Shown one piece after another: positions 1-8,359 of a stretch of DNA of 34,908 bases. The stretch comes from a virus. Its lineage: Duplodnaviria > Caudoviricetes. The notes beneath the pieces were generated by a model. That model was not told where the DNA came from. It worked only from the letters and a program-made list of their open reading frames with translations, and did no database searches. The position numbers and the translations under genes are program-made. Location: the IMG/VR virus record IMGVR_UViG_3300002098_000089, positions 1 to 34,908 of that record, one strand, 5' to 3'. The stretch's first letter is position 1. Every line of letters starts with the position of its first letter.

Positions 1-1
1 A

Positions 2-328
2 TTAAAGATCCGCAAGGTAATTGATAGTGAAGATAATAATGGCTGGGTATTTCCTTCAAAATTTAAAAGAAAGAATATGCCCACTGACAATATGCTTAAT
101 GCACTGCAAAGAACTTGCGGCATTAAGTACACAACGCATGGCTGGAGAACAACCTTTAAACAGTGGGCCGTAGAAAACGGCGAAAACCTAGAGGATGATG
201 ATTTACTTTCTGAATTAGCTCTTGCCCATAGCGTTGGTGCTGCCAGCAAGAAAGCCTATTTCAGAACGACACTTATGGAGAAAAGGGCAAAGCAACTTCA
301 AGACTGGGCTAAATTCCTGACATCTTGA
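2..328 (+). CDS. int: Tyrosine integrase, C-terminal part (P4-like); 5' end outside window
   Basis: Frame is open from base 2; HGWR(TTF) box, ELALAH and catalytic Tyr in AYFRT, ending R..LQDWAKFL. Confidence 0.9.
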   Translation, partial: LKIRKVIDSEDNNGWVFPSKFKRKNMPTDNMLNALQRTCGIKYTTHGWRTTFKQWAVENGENLEDDDLLSELALAHSVGAASKKAYFRTTLMEKRAKQLQDWAKFLTS

Positions 329-486
329 ACACTAAAGCGAACAACTGATCCTAGTTTAATGTTCTTTAGTATGCCCTTTAAAACCCACTTATCAACTGTC
401 CTGGCGTCCACTCCAAAATATTCAGCAACCATATTCCTAGTAGCAAGGCCACTCTCAGGCAATGCAAGATAGTTCGGGTTACTCAT
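298..486 (-). CDS. xis: Excisionase-like HTH DNA-binding protein
   Basis: 62 aa, VAEYFGVDARTVDKWV..G HTH followed by IKLG..VRF wing; adjacent to and convergent with int (31-bp overlap). Confidence 0.75.
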   Translation of the reverse strand: MSNPNYLALPESGLATRNMVAEYFGVDARTVDKWVLKGILKNIKLGSVVRFSVQDVRNLAQS

Positions 487-519
487 TATCTACTCGCTTA
501 ATCTTAGTGAAAATACAGA

Positions 520-840
520 TCATTTAAGTAAAGCCTTTTCAATTTCAATGAATATATCTTCAACAGATGGATTATCGTAGGTTCGAAAAATACTAGCCCA
601 GATTTCCTTGCGTTGATCTGTAGTCAACATCTTTACTGGTCTGTCATATAACGGCACAAGTCTTTGAAATCCCAGGGTGCGCATATATTCGATCTCTTCT
701 GGAATATTAGCCTCTAAAACATAATGCTCTGGAGTTCTAAAGCATTGGAAAGCAATAGGCACTTGTGCCGTTTGCTGTACCAGTGCCGGTATCACTTCTA
801 ACTCTGCTGCGATTCTATCTTCTGATGTAAATGTAGTCAT
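520..840 (-). CDS. Hypothetical phage protein
   Basis: 106-aa ORF co-oriented with the early left operon. Confidence 0.6.
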   Translation of the reverse strand: MTTFTSEDRIAAELEVIPALVQQTAQVPIAFQCFRTPEHYVLEANIPEEIEYMRTLGFQRLVPLYDRPVKMLTTDQRKEIWASIFRTYDNPSVEDIFIEIEKALLK

Positions 841-843
841 TTC

Positions 844-996
844 TCAAACCTTAAGATCACACAAAATAGGTGATAAATTAGCCATCCCAGGTATGCTCCC
901 AGGAACAAACCGCCAAGCAAGATAGCCCACTCCAACGGCAACGATGTTATGAAGGGGTACATTTTTTTCTTTTTTACTTTTTCTAGCTTTTCTCAT
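844..996 (-). CDS. Small hypothetical protein (basic N-terminus, hydrophobic middle)
   Basis: ATG at 996 (MRKARKSKK...) fills the gap between ssb and the next gene. Confidence 0.35.
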   Translation of the reverse strand: MRKARKSKKEKNVPLHNIVAVGVGYLAWRFVPGSIPGMANLSPILCDLKV

Positions 997-1006
997 GGGC
1001 CTTATA

Positions 1007-1414
1007 TCAGAATGGTTCATCATCTTCCATGCCTGGCAATACTTTTGGCACTTGCGCTGGAGGATTGATTTGATCTTGTGGCTTTCCACCTAGCATTTGC
1101 ATGCTATCTAGGCGAATTTCAGTAGAGTATTTTTCAACTCCAGCAGCATCCGTAAATTTACGGGTCTGCAATTTACCCTCAAAGTAACCTTGGCTGCCTT
1201 TCTTTAGGTACTGACCACAGATGTCACCTAGTTTTCCAAAAGCTGAAATGCGATGCCATTCAGTAGTTTCTTTTAAATCACCAGATGCTTTATCTTTCCA
1301 CTTATCAGTGGTAGCTACGCTAAAGTTACAAACTGTATCGCCAGATGGCATAACGCGAACTGTAGGGTCTTGTCCTAGATTTCCCACAACGATGACTTTA
1401 TTTACTGAGGCCAA
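1007..1414 (-). CDS. ssb: Single-stranded DNA-binding protein
   Basis: [35 protein letters not shown], acidic DDEPF tail; TTG start with GGAG RBS. Confidence 0.97.
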   Translation of the reverse strand: MASVNKVIVVGNLGQDPTVRVMPSGDTVCNFSVATTDKWKDKASGDLKETTEWHRISAFGKLGDICGQYLKKGSQGYFEGKLQTRKFTDAAGVEKYSTEIRLDSMQMLGGKPQDQINPPAQVPKVLPGMEDDEPF

Positions 1415-1415
1415 T

Positions 1416-1571
1416 TTATTTCTCCAGGGTTTTATATTTCAATGAATCTTCAATTAAATCTAGAGCTACTCTCATTTCTTTAATGGCCTTTTCACTTGGC
1501 CCATGCAACAACAATAAGATAAGCTCTTTACTGATATAGCTAAACTGAAATTCGTTTAGCGCTGGTGTCAT
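1416..1571 (-). CDS. Small hypothetical protein (51 aa, not in ORF track)
   Basis: [10 protein letters not shown]...KTLEK*; ATGA overlap with upstream stop and ends just before the ssb start. Confidence 0.55.
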   Translation of the reverse strand: MTPALNEFQFSYISKELILLLLHGPSEKAIKEMRVALDLIEDSLKYKTLEK

Positions 1572-1786
1572 ATCTCTATTCCATATTGCATAAGTGCTGC
1601 AAGCCTGGCGTAGTGAATCACTTTTTTTAAGTCATCTATTTCTTCGCTCTTATCTGGGTATCGAGTTGCATACTTAATAATGTTTGATTGAAATACATTA
1701 AGGTTATTTGCATGGCTATATTCAATCGGCTGGATCTTGTGTTTCTTATAGTGATCACCATTGACCTGAGTAGTTAGTGCGTTCAT
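1568..1786 (-). CDS. DUF3310 family phage protein
   Basis: QVNGDHYK..IQPIEY, NIIKYATR..K, DLKK..HY signature. Confidence 0.85.
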   Translation of the reverse strand: MNALTTQVNGDHYKKHKIQPIEYSHANNLNVFQSNIIKYATRYPDKSEEIDDLKKVIHYARLAALMQYGIEI

Positions 1787-1913
1787 GCCTATACTTTTCT
1801 TTCTAGAATAAATTTTTCTATTTTGCGAAACTTTTTAAGGTAGTTCTGAAACCGATTGGGTATCGGAGTTGTTGCTTTAGCCATATAGAAAATATATATA
1901 TCTTGCTCTGGTA

Positions 1914-2150
1914 TCATTTCTTATTCACTCCGTATTCCGCTTTGATGGCTTGTTTCATCGCGATCAACTGTCCTCTATAGGTATCACTAGATACAGTGAT
2001 GGGAGCAGTAACCCTAACCATCCTCTCCACTGCGATTCCATCTTCAACCATCTGAGTATTCGATCCCATCTCTTTGAAGTGATGCTCTGCTAATTTTCCG
2101 GTGAAAGATCTCACTAGCTTGCGCAGGGCTTTGGCTTTTTTCGCGTTCAT
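1914..2150 (-). CDS. Hypothetical protein
   Basis: 78 aa, MNAKKAKALRK start; TAATG coupling to the exo stop. Confidence 0.7.
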   Translation of the reverse strand: MNAKKAKALRKLVRSFTGKLAEHHFKEMGSNTQMVEDGIAVERMVRVTAPITVSSDTYRGQLIAMKQAIKAEYGVNKK

Positions 2151-2788
2151 TAGGCTGCCTTAAGTTGAATTTCTTGAGTGAGAAGATCTACATCTACTAG
2201 GAATTTATTAAGCTCATCCTGATATTCATCTAGCTCTGCTTTAGTAGGCTCATAGCGATAGACAAACAACTTCAATTTGTCTGGCATGGTTTCGCAGTAA
2301 GAAACAAAATCGCAAAACTTAGCGCCAGTAGTCAATGAGTTATGAAGCACCTGGCCTTTGTAAGCATCAGGCACTTTGTTGTCCTGGATATAGCCATAAT
2401 GGATTGCGCTCATTGGGCATTTATATTCAGCAATTCCATCGCGTCCTTGCATAAAGCCATCGACTGAGCAGCCAAACATTGCGCCATCCTGGTAGCAAAA
2501 CCCCGCCTCTTCTACCATTTCACCAGTAGCAATTTCATGGGCCATACGCGCAAATCGCTCCAGCTCATTCCCGCGCTCCATGTGTGAGTTCTTATACATT
2601 TCTACAGTAGGCTGACCAGTGATGCGCTCTAATGCCAATTGGAATCGGTAATTGCGGCGCGTAGTGGACTCGCTACCTTTGGTCTTACCCTTGGCAGTAA
2701 TCGCACTGGCGTTTGATCCTGTAGCTTTACCAAGGCGATCTGCAAACCATTCGGGCGTGCCTTGCTCATGGCTGGAAATGATCAACAT
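2150..2788 (-). CDS. exo: Lambda Exo/YqaJ-family exonuclease
   Basis: EQGTPEWF..RLG..T.S, MERGNELE..AR, CSVDG, EYKCP motifs. Confidence 0.93.
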   Translation of the reverse strand: MLIISSHEQGTPEWFADRLGKATGSNASAITAKGKTKGSESTTRRNYRFQLALERITGQPTVEMYKNSHMERGNELERFARMAHEIATGEMVEEAGFCYQDGAMFGCSVDGFMQGRDGIAEYKCPMSAIHYGYIQDNKVPDAYKGQVLHNSLTTGAKFCDFVSYCETMPDKLKLFVYRYEPTKAELDEYQDELNKFLVDVDLLTQEIQLKAA

Positions 2789-3531
2789 TACGCAGCCTCG
2801 CTTTCCATCGGAATTGCTTTGAGCGCGTTACTACGATCAGTACAAGCCTGCTTAAATGATTTGTTATCAAACTTGGCAGCCAGCATTTCTGCATTACCAG
2901 AGGCATAGACTTCGCGCAGCTCTTCTAAGCTGGTGACTGATTCAACAGCAGCAAATAATTGATCTAGGCGTTCTTGGCTAATGACAGGCAAAGAAGCATC
3001 AATCACTTGTGCTTTGCCCATATTGACTTCTGCAATGCGCTCGGCCTCATCTGGATCATAGATACCACCAAAACCAAACGCCAGGCGTGCGCACTGAATC
3101 ATGGCTTTATGGCGCAACATTCTTTTAGGATGAGATAACCAAGGGCCAGCGCCACGTTTACATTCGCTCATGTATTCAGTGACTTGAATAGGGTGGCTGC
3201 GGCCCTTGCGATAAATACGGCAAGTGCATGACTCTTCATCTTGTTCAAAGTCCATGCCATCAAAATCAGGGTGATCATTCATAATCCGCGACCAACCATC
3301 GACTCCAACTACAGGGACAATCCCGTTATTTTTATCTGGAAAAGCGTAGATCTCTTTTGTCCAAGGATTGAGGCCGTATTGGTTTGCTACGATCAATAGA
3401 GCAGTCATCTGGGCATCATTGACCTGGCCCTTAAATGCTGTGGCCTTGAGGGTTTCTAATACATTTGCTTCTTCTCCCATGCCAAATTTGGCAGAGAGGT
3501 TACGACTTAGCGTGGTGAGTGCATTACTCAT
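2788..3531 (-). CDS. bet: Single-strand annealing recombinase (lambda Red-beta family)
   Basis: LIVANQYGLNPWTKEIYAFPDK, VPVVGVDGWSRI, PW.SHPKRMLRHKAMIQCARLAFGF.GIYD.DEAERI. Confidence 0.96.
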   Translation of the reverse strand: MSNALTTLSRNLSAKFGMGEEANVLETLKATAFKGQVNDAQMTALLIVANQYGLNPWTKEIYAFPDKNNGIVPVVGVDGWSRIMNDHPDFDGMDFEQDEESCTCRIYRKGRSHPIQVTEYMSECKRGAGPWLSHPKRMLRHKAMIQCARLAFGFGGIYDPDEAERIAEVNMGKAQVIDASLPVISQERLDQLFAAVESVTSLEELREVYASGNAEMLAAKFDNKSFKQACTDRSNALKAIPMESEAA

Positions 3532-3546
3532 TTTTAGTTTCCTTAA

Positions 3547-3699
3547 TTAAGCGATAAATGCTGGGCGTACCAACTGGGCTACAAAATAAACGGCAGCAAA
3601 TACCATTAAATACTTAAAATAGTGATCTGATTTTTGTTTTAAAGACAATCTGGTAAAGATCAATCGCTCTGATGGGGTGATGAGATCTCGATTCTTCAT
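3547..3699 (-). CDS. Small protein with C-terminal hydrophobic helix (50 aa, not in ORF track)
   Basis: MKNRDLITPSERL...YLMVFAAVYFVAQLVRPAFIA*; ATGA overlap with upstream gene. Confidence 0.55.
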   Translation of the reverse strand: MKNRDLITPSERLIFTRLSLKQKSDHYFKYLMVFAAVYFVAQLVRPAFIA

Positions 3700-3869
3700 T
3701 GCATTGCCCATAATTGGGATTCAGTAATTTCTTTGACTTCTACTAAGTCGGGGTCAATATCTGAATCATTCAAAAAATGATCTGTTGCCAGGATCATTCC
3801 CGCCCGACTTAATAAGCCAGTCGAGTGTTGCATCCCTTTGTAATCTATCCATTCCACGATGTATTTCAT
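3696..3869 (-). CDS. Hypothetical protein, first gene of the early left operon
   Basis: ATG at 3869 (MKYIVEWID...) preceded by GAAGG. Confidence 0.6.
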   Translation of the reverse strand: MKYIVEWIDYKGMQHSTGLLSRAGMILATDHFLNDSDIDPDLVEVKEITESQLWAMQ

Positions 3870-4112
3870 GTTCTTACCTTCCGTATTAGTGAGTTGTAGG
3901 GAGCTTCGCAAGGGCACTAGACTTAGTCGTTGCCTTGTTACATTGCCTCCCTACTTCTCGGAACTGCAAATCGATTTACTACTCTTAGCGTGCTGTTATT
4001 GACTAAAAGAACCCTTGGCTCAAGTAGCTTTCACCTGCCACAGTCGGTCTGCTAAACCCTTACTTCACCTACAACTCGCCTTCGCTTCGGTGAAACTGTG
4101 TTGCTAGGCTCT

Positions 4113-4155
4113 ATTCTATACACGAATGAATAAATAAAGCAATACGAGAATGAAT
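4113..4155 (-). promoter_or_regulatory. pL-like promoter with two CI operators
   Basis: Minus strand TTGCTT(4142-4137)-N18-TAGAAT(4118-4113); operators ATTCATTCGTGTAT (4118-4131) and ATTCATTCTCGTAT (4142-4155), 24 bp apart. Confidence 0.8.
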
Positions 4156-4194
4156 AAAAATGTAGATATATAGGGTAATCCCTAGAGAATAGGG

Positions 4195-4220
4195 AAAAAA
4201 ATACCCGCCGTAGCGGGTTA
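4195..4220 (-). terminator. Intrinsic terminator of the cI operon
   Basis: ACCCGC-N4-GCGGGT hairpin followed on the minus strand by ATTTTTTT. Confidence 0.8.
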
Positions 4221-4237
4221 TCAATTTGGCGTAAGTA

Positions 4238-4528
4238 TTAGTAAGTAAAAGACTTAAACCAAAGAAGTAGGGCAGAAGAAAGCGTGCCCAGTAATAATGC
4301 GCAAACAAACAAGGTAGCTAGTTGTGACACATAAGATCCCTCAAATAATTGTGAGATAAACACAATGAGTTGAGTTTTTCTAAACAAAATGTATATAAAA
4401 AATGAAAGAAAAATAACGACTGGCACATAAAGACTAATTCCTGCATCTCCAACTTTATATGCTTGCAAAATACTACCAGGTATAGCAATCCCAATTCCTA
4501 ACGCTAAGAATTGGATTCCAAATTTCAT
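4238..4528 (-). CDS. Small membrane protein (~3 TM) cotranscribed with cI
   Basis: ATGA overlap with the cI stop; three hydrophobic stretches; AT-rich. Confidence 0.7.
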   Translation of the reverse strand: MKFGIQFLALGIGIAIPGSILQAYKVGDAGISLYVPVVIFLSFFIYILFRKTQLIVFISQLFEGSYVSQLATLFVCALLLGTLSSALLLWFKSFTY

Positions 4529-5133
4529 ACATCCATTTCCATGCGTTTTACTACACCACAAAACACTGCATCATCTTTCATTTCCATGATGGGGTAGCGA
4601 GGATTAAGAGGCTTTAATAACTTAGATGAGCCATCTTCAATATATTGCTTAAAGGTTGCCTCATCCCCATTCTGCCTGACGATAACATACTGTCCTGATC
4701 TTGGGTATTCATCTGGCTCTACAATAATGATGCAGCCATCTGGAAACCTTGATTCCATACTATCGCCTCTAACTCTAAGTGCGTAGGTATGAGCTTTTGC
4801 TCGGTAAGTTGTTTCAATTCGTTCTCCTTCGGTGACGGATAAATTGTCGATTACATTCTCCCAGTTGCCTGCTTGTACCCACGATATGAGGGGGACTAAT
4901 CCTAATAGGTCAGGGGCATTTCCGACATTAGAGGTAGTACCGATATGACTAAATTTTATATTTAATATTTTGGCGAGTTTAGTCAGTGTTTCCGTTTCCG
5001 GTACAGACAACCCTTTAAGTGTGCGAGAGATGGTCGATTGAGGAACACCAGAGCGCCTAGCTAATTCACTTTGCGACATTGGTTTAGGGCGAAAGGCCTT
5101 CATAGCCTGATCAATTTGTTCAGCAATATTCAT
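4525..5133 (-). CDS. cI: CI-like repressor (HTH + S24 peptidase)
   Basis: SQSELARRSGVPQSTISR HTH; VPLISWVQAG cleavage site; RVRGDSM and ATFK catalytic motifs; start reassigned to ATG 5133. Confidence 0.95.
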   Translation of the reverse strand: MNIAEQIDQAMKAFRPKPMSQSELARRSGVPQSTISRTLKGLSVPETETLTKLAKILNIKFSHIGTTSNVGNAPDLLGLVPLISWVQAGNWENVIDNLSVTEGERIETTYRAKAHTYALRVRGDSMESRFPDGCIIIVEPDEYPRSGQYVIVRQNGDEATFKQYIEDGSSKLLKPLNPRYPIMEMKDDAVFCGVVKRMEMDV

Positions 5134-5140
5134 AGATTGA

Positions 5141-5218
5141 ACTATGCCTCCGCGAATTGGATTAAGCAAAAATTCATGCTTTTGCGTATTGACAATACTA
5201 TTCATTTGCGTATAGAGT
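5141..5218. promoter_or_regulatory. Divergent pRM/pR region with three operators
   Basis: pR (+): TTGACA(5189-5194)-N18-TAGAGT(5213-5218); pRM (-): TTGCTT(5169-5164)-N17-CATAGT(5146-5141); operators ATNC-N6-GNAT at 5144-5157, 5176-5189, 5200-5213. Confidence 0.8.
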
Positions 5219-5225
5219 GGTGTAT

Positions 5226-5429
5226 ATGGAAAACAGCTCTCAAAAATTAGTTCAAAAAATATCAGATTTAGGTCTTTCTGATTCAGAGATTGCCAAGCGG
5301 GTTAGCGCCAGTCAACCAACGATCAGTCGTTTACGGAACGGAACTTCTAAAGACTGTATGGCAAGCCTTCGGGTTTCGCTTGAAGGTTTATTTGCTCAGG
5401 TGGTCAAAAAGGAAGTAACCCATGACTGA
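5226..5429 (+). CDS. cro: Cro-like HTH protein
   Basis: LSDSEIAKRVSASQPTISRLRNG HTH; divergent from cI; ATG at 5226. Confidence 0.85.
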   Translation: MENSSQKLVQKISDLGLSDSEIAKRVSASQPTISRLRNGTSKDCMASLRVSLEGLFAQVVKKEVTHD

Positions 5430-5733
5430 ACTATCTGCTATTCAGCTTGATATGTCACGCAAGATCGAACGAACAATCTTGAGTGCGCTTTCCAACGCTG
5501 GACAAGTGGAAGTGGCAAAGCTATTGGGTATCCATGAATCTACAGTCAGTCGCTTTAAGGACGGACACATTGAAACTTTCTCTAATTTATTAGCGGCGCT
5601 GGATCTCAAGTTAGTGCCGACATCTTTCCGAACTATTGATCCAGAGCGCATGAAGGCCTTTTGCACTTTATTTGAAGCAGCCATGACTAGGCCAGACAGC
5701 CTAGAACATCTTTTATTGGAGGGCGAATCATGA
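5422..5733 (+). CDS. cII: CII-like transcriptional activator
   Basis: RKIERTIL..L...GQ..VAKLLGIHESTVSRFK...LLAALDLKLVP resembles the lambda CII family; follows cro. Confidence 0.85.
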   Translation: MTELSAIQLDMSRKIERTILSALSNAGQVEVAKLLGIHESTVSRFKDGHIETFSNLLAALDLKLVPTSFRTIDPERMKAFCTLFEAAMTRPDSLEHLLLEGES

Positions 5734-6026
5734 GAACTCAAGTATCTCAAACCAGTCTTAGCGCTTATCGCAGCTTATCTACTGCCGCTTTAACGGGTAC
5801 AGAAATGGAAGTCATGGCGGTAATGGGTGATGGCAAGGCGAGAACCCGCCGTCAGATTGCTGATGCACTCGGATGGCGTGATGGCCCGACTTGTGGTCGC
5901 TGCAACTCCCTGGTTACTAAGAAAGCATTGATCTCGGTGGGTGAGCAGAAGAACCCAGAGAGCAACAAGTATGCAGAGCTATTACAAGCCCCCAAAAAGA
6001 ACCCACAAGGCGTTTTATTTCAATGA
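5730..6026 (+). CDS. Winged-HTH protein
   Basis: TRRQIADALGW....CGRCNSLV..K. Confidence 0.7.
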   Translation: MRTQVSQTSLSAYRSLSTAALTGTEMEVMAVMGDGKARTRRQIADALGWRDGPTCGRCNSLVTKKALISVGEQKNPESNKYAELLQAPKKNPQGVLFQ

Positions 6027-6796
6027 ACTACTACTCATTTCATATTGGTGATTACGCAACCCACACGCGGTATTTAGACCTTTTATCAGATCTTGCTTAT
6101 CGCCGACTATTGGATTTGTATTACACAAGCGAAGCACCAATCACTTTAGATGTCGATAAGGCATCAAATCTGATCGGAATGAGAGAACATTCTGAAATTG
6201 TTTCTGAAGTCTTATCTAATTTCTTTCTGAAATCAGAAGATGGTTATAGAAATGCCCGTTGTGATGCAGAGATTGAGGTGTATCACGCCAAGGCAGATCG
6301 CGCCAGAAGTGCAAATACTAAGCGCTGGGATAGCCAAAAACAACCAGATTCTCTGAAATCAGATCTGAAATCAGAACAATCTCGTATCCCAACCAATAAC
6401 CAAGAACCAATAACCAATAACCAATATAAAAACAAAACCATTACGCCACCTATCGGTGTCGATGAACTTGTTTGGAATGATTTTGTTTTGCAGCGTAAAA
6501 ACAAAAAGTCACCAATCTCAGCAACCGCACTCAAGGGAATTGAGAGTGAGGCGCGTAAAGCAAACCTATCCTTGCAAGCTGTTTTAGAACTTTGTTGCGC
6601 TAGGGGATGGACTGGATTCAAGGCGGAGTGGGTAATCGATAAACAAAACCCATCACAAACTCTCCAGGATCAAAAGATGGAAGGGCTGCACCAACTGACC
6701 GGTGGGATGTTAAGGCCACGAAAGAATGATGCTGTGTTTCAACCCTTAAACCAATCGATTGAGATGGAGAACAGTCATGTCCTACTCGGAAACTGA
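6023..6796 (+). CDS. Replication initiator, DUF1376/YdaU family (O analogue)
   Basis: MNYYSFHIGDY..HT..L.....AYRRLLDLYY..E.P N-terminus; RGWTGFKAEW C-terminus; internal iterons. Confidence 0.88.
   Translation: MNYYSFHIGDYATHTRYLDLLSDLAYRRLLDLYYTSEAPITLDVDKASNLIGMREHSEIVSEVLSNFFLKSEDGYRNARCDAEIEVYHAKADRARSANTKRWDSQKQPDSLKSDLKSEQSRIPTNNQEPITNNQYKNKTITPPIGVDELVWNDFVLQRKNKKSPISATALKGIESEARKANLSLQAVLELCCARGWTGFKAEWVIDKQNPSQTLQDQKMEGLHQLTGGMLRPRKNDAVFQPLNQSIEMENSHVLLGN
6191..6426. repeat. Probable replication origin: TCTGAAATCAGA iterons plus AACCAA(T/G) heptamer tandem
   Basis: Exact copies at 6226-6237, 6352-6363, 6364-6375; degenerate copies at 6191 and 6203; heptamer run 6391-6426. Confidence 0.7.
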
Positions 6797-7163
6797 TTTT
6801 TGTAAAGCAGATTTTGGCGTGAAGTACATCTTTGCAAAGATGTCGATCATCTACGGATCAGTGTTCAGAAACCATTTTGGTGATACAGATCGTCAATCAG
6901 TGATTGATACCTGGGCAGATATTTTGGGGGTGTACTCAACCTATCGCCCCAGTATGGATTTTTCTTTAAACAACATGGATGCCAAATTCATTCCATCAGC
7001 CCTGGCGTTTAGAGATCTTTGCAGACAAGGGCCAAGAATCCCATCAAAGCCCCATACCCTCATTACTAAACAACCGACTCAAGCAGAAGTAGCGATGACG
7101 GCTAAAGCCAAGAATGAGGCCTTAGATTTGATCGCCAAATTTACAAACAAAGTGGTGAAGTGA
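6777..7163 (+). CDS. Putative replication protein P-like partner
   Basis: Follows initiator; IFAKM..IYG..F...F and PSALAFRDLCRQ.P pattern; GGAG RBS before ATG 6777. Confidence 0.6.
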   Translation: MSYSETDFCKADFGVKYIFAKMSIIYGSVFRNHFGDTDRQSVIDTWADILGVYSTYRPSMDFSLNNMDAKFIPSALAFRDLCRQGPRIPSKPHTLITKQPTQAEVAMTAKAKNEALDLIAKFTNKVVK

Positions 7164-7456
7164 AATGTCAATCATGTGCAATAAGGATTGCAAAGAAGGA
7201 ATCCCAATCCCTTTCATCGGGTTTGTATGCGCTGGATTGTCTCCAATGTGCAGCAGCTTTGGTCTTATCAGCGAGGCCATCACGATTGCAACAAGAGGCC
7301 ATGTTTGCCGCGATCTCCAAGGCCAGGAAACCACTCAGTCGAACTGCCGTCATTGCGGCGATAAAGGATGTGGAAAGTGAGCGAGAAACTATCCCTAGCG
7401 TTGTACAACCCGACTCAAGCTCATCAATGTATCAAACAAGCCTGGGCATTTGCTAA
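7160..7456 (+). CDS. Hypothetical protein with two CxxC pairs
   Basis: KCQSC...DCLQC; GTGA overlap with upstream gene. Confidence 0.55.
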   Translation: MKCQSCAIRIAKKESQSLSSGLYALDCLQCAAALVLSARPSRLQQEAMFAAISKARKPLSRTAVIAAIKDVESERETIPSVVQPDSSSSMYQTSLGIC

Positions 7457-7802
7457 AACTTTGACTGAATCAGGGGAGAAGCTAATCCTTGAGGTTGGGC
7501 CAATGTCTAAGACTCGCGAACAGGAAAAGAAATATCACGCAATGGTAGGGGAGATCGCGACTCAGTCTGCTCATTTAGGATCTCGCTGGATGCAAGACGA
7601 CTGGAAAAGATTGCTCCTAGACAAGTTCGCTAGGGAAACAGGCAGAAGTCATGGGGCGATTATTCCCAACTTAGATAACACCGGAGTTGTACAAGTCGGG
7701 ATTCAGTCTAAGAAATTCTCCAAGGAAGATGGTGCTGAGTTTATCGAGTGGTTGACAGCCTGGGGTGTAGATAACGGGATTGAGTGGAAGGGTGAGCAAT
7801 GA
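7377..7802 (+). CDS. ninB: NinB-like recombination protein
   Basis: KTREQEKKYHAM..EIA.Q, W..DDWKRL, SKKFSK....EFIEWL.AWG; start (GTG 7377 vs ATG 7368) uncertain. Confidence 0.85.
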   Translation: MSEKLSLALYNPTQAHQCIKQAWAFAKTLTESGEKLILEVGPMSKTREQEKKYHAMVGEIATQSAHLGSRWMQDDWKRLLLDKFARETGRSHGAIIPNLDNTGVVQVGIQSKKFSKEDGAEFIEWLTAWGVDNGIEWKGEQ

Positions 7803-8359
7803 GAGTGTTAATTGCTTGCGAATACTCTGGTGTAGTGCGTGATGCCTTTCTAGGGGGGGGGCACGAAGCCATGAGTTGTGATTTGTTGCCGACCGATGCA
7901 CCAGGGCCACATTATCAAGGTGATGTCAAAGATGTATTGGACTACCCTTGGGATTTAATGATTGCTCATCCGCCATGCACTGATTTATCAGTAAGCGGGG
8001 CGCGTCATTTTGCTGCAAAAAAGATGGATGGCAGACAACAAGCAAGCGCTTCATTTTTTATGATGCTCGCTAAATCAAATATTCCTATGATCGCCATAGA
8101 GAATCCAATCTGCATTATGTCCAGCCTTTATAGAAAGCCAGATCAAGTAGTTCAACCTTGGATGTTTGGTCATGGTGAAACAAAAGCTACCTCTTTGTGG
8201 TTAAAGGGTTTGCCAAAGTTAATTCCTACCAACATTGTTGAAGGCAGGGAGCAGCGTATTCATAAGATGCCGCCAAGTGCAGATAGATGGAAATTGAGAA
8301 GTGTGACTTTTCAAGGTATTGCACAAGCAATGGCAGATCAATGGGGAAAACTGGATTGA
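7799..8359 (+). CDS. Short phage cytosine-methyltransferase-like protein
   Basis: MRVLIACEYSG.VRDAF, SCDLLP, WDLMIAHPPCT (PC motif), ENP motif. Confidence 0.8.
   Translation: MRVLIACEYSGVVRDAFLGGGHEAMSCDLLPTDAPGPHYQGDVKDVLDYPWDLMIAHPPCTDLSVSGARHFAAKKMDGRQQASASFFMMLAKSNIPMIAIENPICIMSSLYRKPDQVVQPWMFGHGETKATSLWLKGLPKLIPTNIVEGREQRIHKMPPSADRWKLRSVTFQGIAQAMADQWGKLD

Noticed and set aside
5390-5480. CII-dependent pRE site (TTGC-N6-TTGC)
   Set aside because: No convincing direct repeat found by eye
7165-7380. Cys-rich 71-aa alternative ORF
   Set aside because: Overlaps 7160-7456, which has better coupling to the upstream gene and a more phage-typical CxxC pattern
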